Below, in pieces: positions 40,712 to 51,978 of a DNA stretch of 64,000 nt. The DNA lies in contig MEDY01000125.1 of assembly GCA_001724265.1 (NCBI GenBank), positions 1 through 64,000 on the forward strand. The letters are read 5' to 3'. Position numbers and translations under genes: made by a program. The DNA comes from Rhizaria sp. SCN 62-66. Lineage: Eukaryota. The notes under the pieces are model-generated. The model ran no database searches. It saw only the letters and a list, made by a program, of their open reading frames with translations, and was not told the DNA's origin. Within the stretch, counting starts at the first letter, position 1. Every line of letters starts with the position of its first letter.

Positions 40712-41100
40712 GCGCGCTGTACGAGCGAGCTCCGCAATGTGAGAGCAGGGCAGAGTGAGCTGTGCCTAGCGTGCGACGTGATTGGTCGCGAAATGTATGT
40801 TTAATTTGACTGTCTATGTATTATGGGATTAATAGCTATGATTTGATATATGTGTATGTGTTTGTGCTATGTAATGCATGTTAGCAAAGTGCGCGCGCTG
40901 TGTGTGTACCAGAAGGATAAGATACTCGGACTGAGTAACTCATGAGCAAATTGCTATCACTGGCCAGTAGATGACCGTGAGATCGAGCGCTTTTGTTTAC
41001 GTGTGTTTTATATAAATATTAGCATGATGTGAAAACGATAGATAAACCAACAAATTCATCACATTTCATATCCCACCGTATTAAGCTGTGAGTGATTCGC

Positions 41101-43589
41101 TCACTGCATCTGCTTGCTTAAATGTGCGCGCATGCTGTTTTCGAGGGTGAACGGCGCCAGCGACGGCACGAGGGCGGTGACCAGTGCGTCGCAGACAGCG
41201 GTCTGGAACTGGCGAGCGCCCAGTGCGGTCACCCAGGGACCCAGCGCAAGCCCCCAGCTCACGCTGCCGGACTCGGCCTCCGCCACAGTGTCCTCCGTGT
41301 CCAAAACATCAGCACTGGTGTCGACGTCACCGCCGACAGCAGCAGCAGCGGCTGCGTCGACGGCGCTCCAGGGCGCGTCGCTCCACTCGCGCACGGCCAC
41401 GCGCACCACGGCCGCCACGTCGGCGCCCACGCTCGTCCCAGTCTCTGCGTTGTCAGCGGCAACAGCAGCCTTGGCGGCGGCAGAGAGGACTGAGCTCGTG
41501 CAGGCGCGGCGCACCGCGGCCGACACAGGCACCACGGCGCGGCCCCGCTCGTCGTGCTCGCGGCCGCTGTTGCTGGCGCCGTCAGCGTCGCTGCTGTACA
41601 AGGACACGGTGGCGACGACGGCAGCGCCGCCCAGCAGCACGAGACACTCGAGGCGGCGGAAGTGTTGGTATGAAATAGCTTTGCACGCGCTAGAGCTTTT
41701 GTTGCGGCCGGTGCGGGTGTGCGGAGTTGAGCCAGGACCAGCGTACGTACCGTCAGCGCGCCGCTGCGGCACTGCAGACGACAGTGCGGCCTTCGCAGAA
41801 CTCGTGAAACTGGTCGAATTATGTGCTGATATCATACAAGCCCACGCATGGTTCCAGTCCTCGTTGACAACGCGCGTCTCGCCCTGCAGCAGAGCCACCG
41901 CGGCATGCCTGCCGCCGCCCCGCATAGCAACCACGGTCGCGACCCCCGCAGCGGCGCTGCCCACCGCCGCGGCCGGGAGGAGGAGCGCTGTCGCCTCCGC
42001 GCAGCGGTTGAGCGCCTGGGCCAGCAGCGCCGCCGCGGGGGGGAAGCGCGCGGGAATCGGCCGCACCGCGGGCAGCAGCGACAGCGCCGGACGGGGCAGC
42101 GCCGGCTGGGGCAGCGCTGGCTGCGCATGGGGGACTGAGAGTAAGAACGCTCGCCAAGGCACGCGCGCGAGCACGGCGTGCGCGTCGCCGGGCAGCGCCA
42201 GCGTTACTGCGAGCGCGACGCCGCGCGGGGCTGCGGTCCACGAGGGCAGCGACTGGGCGAGCAGTGGCAGATGCCGGGACAGGGACTGTGTGAGCGAGTC
42301 AAGAAGACGCGCGCAGGCTGGTGCCGTGACGGCGACACCGTAGCTCTCGTTGTCGTTGTCGCTGGTCCTGTTGTTGTTGTCCTTGGCGTTGACGCTAGAA
42401 AGACTCTTCACATTGCCGCTGGTGGAGCCCACCGCGCCTGCAGTGGCGGTGAGCAGCGCGGCTCCAGACGTCGCACTCGTCTCAAGATCGCCCACAACAA
42501 CAAGCCCGCTGACTGTTGGTGCTGGAGCTGCGGCTGCGGGCGTGACAGCGACTGCTGTGGGTGCGCCCGCTGCGCCGCAGAGCCGGTCGTGCTTGACCAG
42601 GGCCAGGCCCACCGCGAGCGCGGCGCCGTCCACCGCCACGGTCACCGAGTCGAGCGCCAGGACCTCGGCGTCGCTGTCGCTGCTGGAGCACGCGGCCGCG
42701 GCGCCATGGCTGTGGTCACTGTGGGAATCGCTGTCACTGGCACTGATGCCACCGCCACTAATCAAAGCGTCACCACGGTTCGCCTTGATAGATGCTTGAG
42801 CAGCCTTGGCCGAGTCCCTGAGAGACTTTGCAGCAGCCTTGGCATCAGCCTGCTTTGCGGCGTGCGACGCCGCGCGCGCTGCTTTGAACGGTGCAAGAGA
42901 GTACTCGACCTCCAGAGCGCGGTTACGAGATCCGGACCGCTTGATATTCTGCCCACGCCTACGACGATCATTATGCTGCGCAGTATCGTCATCGCTGTCG
43001 CTCTCAACCTCGTCGCGAACATTGCTCTTGCTCGCAGACTTCCTGCTTTCCTCATTACTTAACTGATCAGGCGCCAGAACGCGGCGCGAACGCGCAACAG
43101 TGTCGGCGATGGCGACTGCTGTCGCTGCGCAAGCTAGCGCGCCGCTCGCAGGCCGCAGCGTCGCCGCAGTCACGTCGTCGCCAGTCAAACAGCCCACAGC
43201 CTCAGACAACGACGATGGCGCCAACGACGGCGAGTGCAGTGCAGTTGCGAGAGACTGCGAGCGCGAGAATGAGCGCAGCCACGCGAGCGCGCGGTCCGCC
43301 TCGATCCCCACAGCATTCGTCGGCGGTGAGCGGGCAAGATCGGCTGCGGCGGCGCTTTGCAGCGACGAGCGTAGGTGGGAGCGTGAAATGAAGTGTGGGA
43401 CCAGCAATAGGGCCAGGTCCAGCGAGAGGGGCCTCGGGGCCACGGGAGAGAACTGAGTGTGGCACATGCAAGACGAAGGAAAACGCAGTATAGACAGGTG
43501 AGCAAGTGATCTCAAATTAGCGCAAGAAAAAAAAAAAGAGTTAACTTGTCACATAGGACTTGACAGTCACGTACCTCGGGATGGTCCAT
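41101..43589 (-). CDS. Hypothetical Ala/Ser-rich protein, probably 2 exons, about 788 aa
   Basis: Long minus-strand ORF ending TGA at 41101. A micro-exon MDHPE (43589-43575) plus intron 43574-43453 (GTACGT...CAG) joins in frame. No domain recognised. Confidence 0.6.
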
Positions 43590-43822
43590 TTCCTGCACAA
43601 GGCGCAATTGCACCCAGTCGTTACCCCAATCAGAAAACGAATCGCAACCCTGGTGAGAGGTCGAATGCTCTTGGCTAGTCCTTACAGCATGCGACAGAGA
43701 CTGAAAGTGAAAAACGGAAACCTCATCCAAATCACTAAAAATAGAAAAATTCATAAAACAATCATGAAATAAATGTAAGAAATTATAATAATTAATTAAC
43801 TTTCAAAAATCAGTCTGATAAA

Positions 43823-45058
43823 TCAAAAACTTGCGAATACATCTTTTAAAATGTGAAAGACGTACCGGTATGTCGCCCTCTCTCGCACGAGTGCGCGCAA
43901 CAGGCCCCCGCCAAGCCGCTGCGTCGCGCATGCCAGTACAAAAGCCAATGCTGCAACTGTCGCCAGGCGCACCAAGAGCAGGAGAGTTGCAGCTGACTCA
44001 GGAGAGAGCACCGCGACGTCGCTGCTGCCATTTTTGGCTTGTATCAGCTGCGCGTACGAAATGCCCTCGCTCGCTTCAGATGTGCTGCCGACAACGCCAA
44101 CAAGCAGTGCAAACGCGCTCGCAGCGGCCCTACGCGGAGGCATCGTGAGCAGCAGAGTGATAATCGAAAGGACTGCAAGCGGCAGCCGGGCGCGCGGCAT
44201 CAGCAGCAACATCCTGCTCCCGGCCTCGGTCGCGACCACCAGCACGGACAGCAGCGTAGCCAGCCAGCGCCGCTGCCTCACAGCACGCGCGAGTGCCACG
44301 TACGCGCGCTCTAAGAGCCATGTAACGTTAATTTTCTGAGCAGGCGTGTCCGTCTTCCTTTGTGCATCATCGTAACTGTTGTCCACAGCATTGTTTGCCA
44401 TGTGAAACGCGATAGTTTTGCCGTCCGTCCACCGCAGCAGCCCTGTCGCGCTGGACTTAGCGCAGACAGACCCAATCATAAGAGCGACGGTTACTATGAG
44501 CGCAAGCTTGCGCACGAGCGCCCCCATGGCGGCCGCAGCAACGGTGACTGCGGGATCGGACGAAGCGACTGTGAGCAGCATAGCGGTGACCGTGAGCGCG
44601 GCGATGGTGGGCAGCAGCGGCAACAGCGTCCCCGCAGTGTCGCTAAGACCAAGTCCGTCGTGTGCAAAAGCGGCGCGGCGAATTAGCGCACAGAAAGAAG
44701 CGAAAGCTACGACACATACGGCAGCAGTGAATGCTGGATCAATCACCGAAAATATATATGACAGCACCGCAACCTTGACAAAAGGACTGAACAGCAAACC
44801 ACATAGCGCAAACAATGCAATGGTAATGGTTGCAAGTGCGCGTGTCGATGACCAGCGCGAATGTGCGACCGCAGAGGTCCGGGAGAGCGAGACTTGCGTT
44901 GCAGCGGGAAGCTAGCGCAAACAGAGCAGAAGCGGTATAACGGCTAGGAAATACAGGAATGACGTGGCATAGACGTTAAACGGCGCGAGATCGTCAAGCC
45001 AGAAGCGGGCACATACACTATCAAGCGTAGCCAGCAACGCGCGCGTCGGCGAGCTCAT
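43823..45058 (-). CDS. Hypothetical polytopic membrane protein, about 411 aa, one in-frame TAG (44912-44914)
   Basis: From ATG 45058 the frame reads MSSPTRALL...FLAVIPLLLCLR*LPAATQV... and runs into the 330-aa hydrophobic ORF with only one TAG. Stop TGA at 43823. Confidence 0.6.
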
Positions 45059-46361
45059 GGCGTGTGGCACTACGTGCGAAAGGTTGAAGGAGGCGAAGGG
45101 GTCACTCAGATTAAGTGAGATTTACTCGCCTTTCTCGTTTTCTTGACTGGAAATAACACAATATTTCAATATTATAGGTAAACTTAAAACAGAATCAAGA
45201 AAGTAAAGTGAATGAGAATACGGACTCACGTTGAAATCTAGAATGAAGTAATGTCATGCCTACTTTCTCAACGGCTCTTAAAAAAACGTTGATTTCCTTA
45301 TCTATCGCAGCAATTTGATCGTTAATGCATGTATATATTCGCTGAAATACAATTAATAGAGCAACACATTGAAATCCATGATTATATTTGTGATCAGTTC
45401 CAAATCACGTCAGTTGATTCATATTTGGGAAAATTGCTAGCACAGTTGTATGGAGAGAAGAGTCGTCGAACGAGACATAGAGAAAACGCATTACATGAAG
45501 ATATAACGCGCGTCAAATCACGCAGAAAACACGCTTTCCAACAACACCAGCAACGGCCTTTCGATGTTTTGAAACGCGGGGGCGCTCACAGGCGCACTCG
45601 GCGCGCGCGCGCGCTGGCCTCGCAGGCGCAGCTCCAACCTCACATCACTGTAGTCTGCTGGGGACGGGTGAACGGCGGTGAGGCTGGAGCTGTGCGCGGA
45701 GGCGGCGGGGGCGGCGGCGGGGGCGGTGGCGATGAAGATTATGATTGCGATGAAAAAAATAGCACAAGGACAGTCCGGTATAAAGACAGACTGATGGGCT
45801 CGGGTTTGCATAGCATAGCGTAGCTTCGCATAGCTTGATTCATCGAGAAATGTGTTTGAGAGACAGATTGGGAAACAACGGGGGTTGCAGGCGACCGGCA
45901 ACAAAGGTGACGCAGCGCGGGGGGAGGCTGACGGCACCGCTGTTGCAGGTCTGCCGCAAGAGACAGACAGAAAGAAAGACAGACAGAGCTTTGCGTTCTG
46001 TGTGAGTGCATCTGAGTGAGTGCATGTGTGTCAGTGTGTAAGAACAACACAGATACACGCAGCCAGACACTGTGAGACGTTACAAGCAGAAACAACAAAG
46101 AAGATGAGACAATACAAAACAAAACAAAAAACGGTTACCCTAGGTAGAAAATACGCGGCTTACGTTACAGATGATTCTAGTTTAGCTTCGCACGCACGCG
46201 CTTGTACGCGCGCGTGAGTTTACATTATAGGCAGTCGGTACAGAGGGGCCTTCTCACCGGTGCGCCGCTAAACACCCGCTTCGCTCGACCGCGCACTCTA
46301 CATTAACGTGCGTGCACACACACAGTGGCCTCTGTAGTCTGTACGAAGACGCGTGGCGGGC

Positions 46362-49283
46362 TTAGAGGTAAAAGGGCATGGGCATGAGCGCCGGGACGAG
46401 GCTGTTGGTGCCCCAGGCGCCGTCGACGTCGCGCTCGCCGCCCGTGGCCGCATACTTGCCCGCGTAGTAGCGCGCGCGGTAGGCAAGCAGGTGCGCGTAG
46501 TACACGGGCGCGGGCAGCGAGACGGCCCGCGAAGCGCGCTGGTGCAGATGCGAGAGGTAGAAGACGAGCTCTTGCGCGGCGTCCATGTCGTACGCGGTAC
46601 CGTTGTAGATGACCTGGTACAGACAAGGACGCGACGTGCCCTTGAGCCCCGCGTGGCCGAAAAGGAAGAACTCGTTCAGGTCCGGCCGCACGACCTCGGT
46701 GTCGACCACGGTGCCCGACTGCAGGTTCCCCGACTTGTCGATCGCGTCGCTGCTGATGCCGCTGAAGCGGACGTGGTGGCGCTTAACCGCCGTGAGCGCG
46801 AGCAGCTGCGGCACATACCCCGGCTTGACTTCCTCGGCCGCGGCCAGGATGGCGGCGACCTCGCTCTCGATCACAGCCAGCACCTGCCGGTCCGAGACGC
46901 CGTCGCGCAGGTACACGATCTGCGCGGGCGGCGTCGTCGTCTTGGTGAAGCGCATGTACTCCAGGATGAAGTACTTGGCCGCGCGCTTGGCGTTGGCGAA
47001 CGGCACGCACTCCTCGCGTGAGCCCTGTTGCTGAACCACGCCGCCGTACTGCGTCGCGGCGGCGTCGTGCGAGCCGACGAAGGCGCTGTGCGAGCGACGG
47101 CCCGCCGCGGGGTCATGATAAACGTCTGCCCCCAACACCAGCGTCGGCTTCGCCCTCAGCACCGCGGGCAGCGAGTCTGGCGCGTGATGGTTCACGCCGC
47201 CCAGCTTCGCGTTGACTTTGAGCAGCACGTTGAGGAAGTACCCCGGGGTGGCCTTCTTGGGGTTGGTGATCTTGGCGGCGTCAAAGCACTGCGATGGTGA
47301 GCCCAACCGCAGCTCGCACTCGCGCTTGAGCACAGCGTACGCCGGGTCCGCGGCGTTGACAAAGCCGAACACGAAGTCGGGCCGCTCCGCGGGCGCGAGC
47401 TAGGCGAGCTTCTGCAGCTCCGCTTCGACCTACGCGGCGCTGCGGCAGTCGATCTTGCGCCTGGGACGCGCGATGGTGACGCCGACGTCTTTGCCGATCG
47501 CGACGAGCTGGTCGATGGCGTCCTTGATGTGCTCGTCGCGCACGCGGGAGCTGGCGCAGATGATGATCGGGGCGCGGATCGGGCGCATGGCGGCCGTGTT
47601 GGCAAACTTGTGCCCCGCGGGGCTCCACACGCCGGGGCCCATCACGCGCGGAGCCGTGTTGCCGAACATCTTGACAACGGGCGGCGGCAACACGCGAGCC
47701 GGCACCGAGAGCACCTGGTCGCTCACAAGCACGCCCTCGGCCTTCAGCGCGGGCGCCGCGGCCAGCGAGGCGGCGTGCTTGCGCGCCATCTCGATGCGCA
47801 CGGCGGGCGCCATGCACGTGAGGTCGACCAGCGCGGTGCGCTGGCGCGTCGACAGCTCGGGTGTGACGCGCTGGCCCTCAAGCACGCGCAGGACCTCGAG
47901 CGGCAGCACCACGTCGCGCTTGCCCGCCACCACGGCCACCGGCAGCGCGCGGTTCGACACCGAGCCCGGGTACGTCTGCTTGAAGTAATCGAACACGGAG
48001 ATGCGCGCGCCCTCGGGCGTGGTGATCTTGTGCTCGCCGCTCGCCGCGCCCAGGCGCTCCAGCGTGTAGCGGCGGCGGATCTTGTGCGTCGTCTCGACGC
48101 GGAGCCCGCGGACCTTCTCGCCCGCCACGTGCGGCGGCACGCGCGCGATGTCGGCCGTTAATTTCAGGTCGAGCGAGTCGGCGAGATACTTAGTCAGTGC
48201 AACGGGCGCGATCATGTCCATGGTCGTAGTGTCGACGTTGAGCATGAGTCCGCGCGCGCCGACGCGGGGCGCCTGTAACAGCCCCTGCAGCAGCACGGCG
48301 CCCTGCCCCAGCGCGGGCATGTCGGCCAGCTTAGCCAGGTCGAAGAGGCTCGGCCCGTTGGTCAGTGGCTGCTTGTACCCGCGCCGCAGCCCCGCGCGGA
48401 CCACCGTCTCCAGCGCCTGCACCGCCGTTGACGGGTACTGCAGCGCGGCGGCCGCGGCTACAGAGGCGGCGGCCGCGGCTACGGAGGCGGCGGCCTGTCG
48501 CTTGGCGCCGCCGGCGCCGCCGGCCGCCAGACGCGCGACCTGCTCGGCGTAGTCAGTCAGCTCGGTGAGCGAGAGCGTGCCAGTGTGCCGCAGCGTCACG
48601 CGCACGTGGAACTTGCACGGCGCCGCGGAGGCGTCGACGGCGCCGTCCTCGGGGGACTGCTCGGGAGACGCGGCGGGCGCTGCAGCGGCGGCAGCGGCAG
48701 CAGCGGCGGCAGGCTCAGGCGCAGCCGAGGCGTGGCCCCCACGGGAAGCAGGAGCGCCGCCGCGGCCGCCGCGGCCGCCGCGACCGCCGCGACCGCCGCG
48801 ACCGCCGCGACCGCCGCGACCGCCGCGACCGCCGCCGTCAGCGCCAGCGGCAACGTCAGCAGCCTCCGCAGCGGCAGTGGCAGTGGCAGTGGCAGTGGCG
48901 GCGAGCGCGGCGTCCATCCTGGAAACGACGGGGGCCCTCCTGGCGACGAGGGTGGACGCCTCGTCTTCGCGCTGCTGCATGCCGATGAATTTCGGGTCAC
49001 GGATAAACACCACAACGTCCTTGTTGTCGGCGTCCAGCTGCGTAAACGAGTACGCAAGCTGCGTGCCGTCAAAGCATAGCCCCGCGGCGGCGGGCATCGC
49101 CTTCTGCAGGTCGGCGACGAGAGTGTGTCGCACCAGCGCGTTGTGCACTGGGGGGTCGAAGTGCACCGCGTATGAGTGTAGCGGCTTCACGTTCTTGAGC
49201 ACAACGGAAACCAAGTTTGATTGAACAGTGATTATGCGGCCCTTCGTGCCTGGAGGCAAGCGGGCCGCGAGCGTGAGGCTCAT
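46362..49283 (-). CDS. AGO: Argonaute protein (N-PAZ-MID-PIWI), about 973 aa, two in-frame TAG codons (47430-47432 and 47400-47402)
   Basis: N-terminal GTKGRIITVQSN; PAZ ISVFDYFKQTY...LPLEV; MID/PIWI SQC, LKVNAKLGGVN, GADVYH, LRDGVS, VKRHHVRF, GTVVD, GTSRP, PAPVYYAHL. Track ORFs 47430-49391 and 46362-47372 share one frame and are separated only by the two TAGs. Stop TAA. Confidence 0.92.
48757..48837 (-). repeat. 9-bp tandem repeat encoding (GGR)8, an RGG box in the Argonaute
   Basis: Units ccgccgcga / ccgccgcgg on the + strand; translation GGGRGGRGGRGGRGGRGGRGGRGGRGG. Confidence 0.9.
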
Positions 49284-49950
49284 GGTAAGAGTGAAAAGCT
49301 GAGTTGACGGAGGAAGAACATGGCCAAAGGGGGATGAGGTAAAAGAATGGAACAATGTGGAAGAATAGCACGATACTAAGATGTCACTCAAACATATAAT
49401 GAAGATTAATATTTTTTGTCTCGGAATTCTCGAATGAAAATGCCAATTTGCGGCATTGTGACGCGTGAATGCTCGCGTTGATGGGCGGTCAACTCAAAGT
49501 GGTCAAAAATCGTTTGTTGAGGCTACAAAGTCGTTTGTGGCTACAAATGCATTTTCGTAGATATCTATGTAGATCTGCTTTTATCGAGAGTATACGGTCA
49601 AACTATATCATTTATGCGATGTTTTGTATGTTATATCTGTGTGATGCCCCATAGACTTGCTATTGTGATGACGTAACGTCTTCCAAACACAACAGTAATT
49701 GCCTATCTAACTTAGGTGATGCAAAACTGGTCTACTCGAGTAACAATCGCGGTCAAACAAAGTACATCCTCGCCGATCATTTCCGGGTGGCTAGTCAACA
49801 ACTTGAAACAGTCCCATTCTGGTCTATAAATGCAACGTCAGCAATGATCAAACTTGAAGCTCACGTTACCGACAATCGCTGATGTCAGCAGTCAGTCCAC
49901 AAGCCAAGCCGTGCCACATCAAAGCCTGGGTGAAGAGTGACCCAATGCGC

Positions 49951-50421
49951 TTACTTGTAGAGGTCCGCGTTCTTGACCTTGCACCAGCCGCCGTCGTCGC
50001 GGCGCATCGGCATGTCACCCACCTTGTCGGCCACACTGTCGATGTTGTTGGCCGCAGCCGTGCTGGGCGCCTAGTCGGCCGACTCCGTGGCGCCCTTGAC
50101 CGCCTGTTGCGCGCGGTCCGCGGCGGCCTTGGTGTCGATCATGCTGCCCTCATCGAAGTGCTGCATGACGCGCGCGTCGTTGGAGCGGTCCGTCACGCGG
50201 TTGCCCTCGGCGGACTTGATGCGGGTGTTGCCCTCGCAGTTGAGCGCGCTCGCAGCCTCGGACTTGTGGTCGTCCGACGCCGGCGCGCCAGGGGTGTGGT
50301 TCGAGACGTGGTTGAACAGCTCAACGCTCATGCGGTGCGATGAGTCCGTGCCGTCGCTAGCGGAGCCATGCTTGGACATGTTGCCGTCGCGCTCGATGGC
50401 CTTGGGGGCATTTTCGGACAT
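49951..50421 (-). CDS. Small hypothetical protein, about 156 aa if the TAG at 50071-50073 is read through; possible HNH-like motif
   Basis: ATG at 50421. GC3-rich codons continue for 39 codons past the TAG (APSTAAANNIDSVADKVGDMPMRRDDGGWCKVKNADLYK) to TAA at 49951. Confidence 0.65.
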
Positions 50422-50932
50422 GAAAGCTATAGAGGGCTCAATGCGGCGAAAATATACAAACATCACGCAAAACCAAAGAAAACTCTTGATGAATATTTGT
50501 ACATGCGAATATCGTTTTCCGTGCTCTTAGCATTGTGCTACAGTGTAATTTAGCCTTGCTGTGGAAAGTGAACGCGTTTTGAACGCAAGGGAGTCCTTCC
50601 GAACGACTTGAAGTGTTGCGGTGATAAAGTGACTAAAACATCAAATCACGGAATAATACAGATTAAGATAGTCATATTTTGCTGTAATATTATGAAATAC
50701 AACTTAAAGGTCTCATTTGATCTCTTACTTTAACGAAATGAAGGAGCTCGAAGAGTTCGTTAGTTTACCACTAGTTTACCACCACAATCGAGTTTTGCGC
50801 TTGAGGGCAAACTGTCTGTGGCAAACACGGCAGGAAGTCCGCCTTCTTGTGCAGTCAAGTCATGCTAGACTCAACAAGACTAGCGACACTGGGGACTGTT
50901 GAAGGGTTGAACAGCAGTTGCTGCAGGTGCAC

Positions 50933-51524
50933 TTACTGCGCCATGGCTGCGACAGCGATGCGGACGAGGTCGATCCTGCGCGCGAGCTCGGCGCCGCGCG
51001 CACGCTCTTGCTGCAGACGCATGTAGTGCCAGCACACGTCGTCATGCAGCGCCTGATGCGCGCTGTCGAGTGCGTCGGAAGCTTTCTGCGCCAGCTGCGT
51101 CAGCAGCTCCTGTGTGGTTGGTCCAGGAAGAGTCGCAAAGCGTGTAAATAGTGAGTTGAAGCTTCGGGCAATACGTGTGTAAATCGGCGCAATGTACATA
51201 TAAATGACGTGCCTTGGCGTGGAGGTTCATGATGTCGTTGAGTTGGCCGCGGGCCGAGTCAAAGATGGCCTCGGAGGCCTGAATCGGGCTGTGGAGCAAA
51301 GCAAGTGGAGGGGAGGTGAAGTTGCAGGCGTAAGCAGAAGAAAGGGTTTAAGGTCATGAAAGCTTCTGAGAACAAGAGTCTGAGCAAACGTACGAATCAA
51401 AGTTTGAAGAGGCAGGAGCGTCGAAATGGAGGCCAGTGGGAGGCTGGGCGACGCTGGCCCCCATCGCCGGGTTGTGCTCAGGAGAAAGCATGCGCTGGTT
51501 CGCCGTAGAAGCAGGTCCTTGCAT
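50933..51524 (-). CDS. Small hypothetical coiled-coil-like protein, 3 exons, about 127 aa
   Basis: Exons 51524-51394, 51288-51213 and 51109-50933 splice in frame via GTACGT...CAG and GCACGT...CAG introns. Stop TAA. Confidence 0.6.
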
Positions 51525-51978
51525 CTACGAAATTAAGATAGAACAAAAAATCGCAAAAGAAATAAGAGTTGCCTCTAAAATATCTCCAACATCAAAAGGG
51601 GTTGCATACCAGACGTGAATTGGGACTCCCAGCTGTGTGTCATTTAATTTTCATGTTGCACGCACCGTGACGGAGGTGGAATATAAAAGTAATGCTAGAT
51701 GTATTTGTACAACTTGAGCTGCGCGACGCATGAAACAAACGCGTCGACGCATCTTAACTATCATAACAGTTCCTATTCGTTGAGTTTTTCAGCAACTACA
51801 AACAAAACTCGAACCAAACAGGAGGAAAAGAAGGATCTGTGAACTAGACGCCGCACCGGCCAATCCGTCCGTCCATCAGGGCATGCAGCTGCCATCATTC
51901 ACGAGCGCGCGCGCGCGCGCGCATGGAAACGTCGGAGTGTGCATAAAGACGCGATAAGCTCCCAAGCAGTCGGCGCGC

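Noticed and set aside
45329-45937. ORFs on both strands (164 aa on +, 139 aa on -) between the membrane-protein gene and AGO
   Set aside because: Low-complexity, no consistent codon bias and no motif; I cannot support a gene, although a small one is not excluded.
47400-47433. 34-nt mini-intron removing both AGO TAGs
   Set aside because: Its length is not a multiple of three, and it lacks the local donor consensus and pyrimidine tract.
46362-49391. Argonaute as two genes or as a pseudogene
   Set aside because: Both halves share one frame, only TAGs separate them, catalytic motifs are intact and no other lesions are visible. Recoding is more parsimonious, though not proven.
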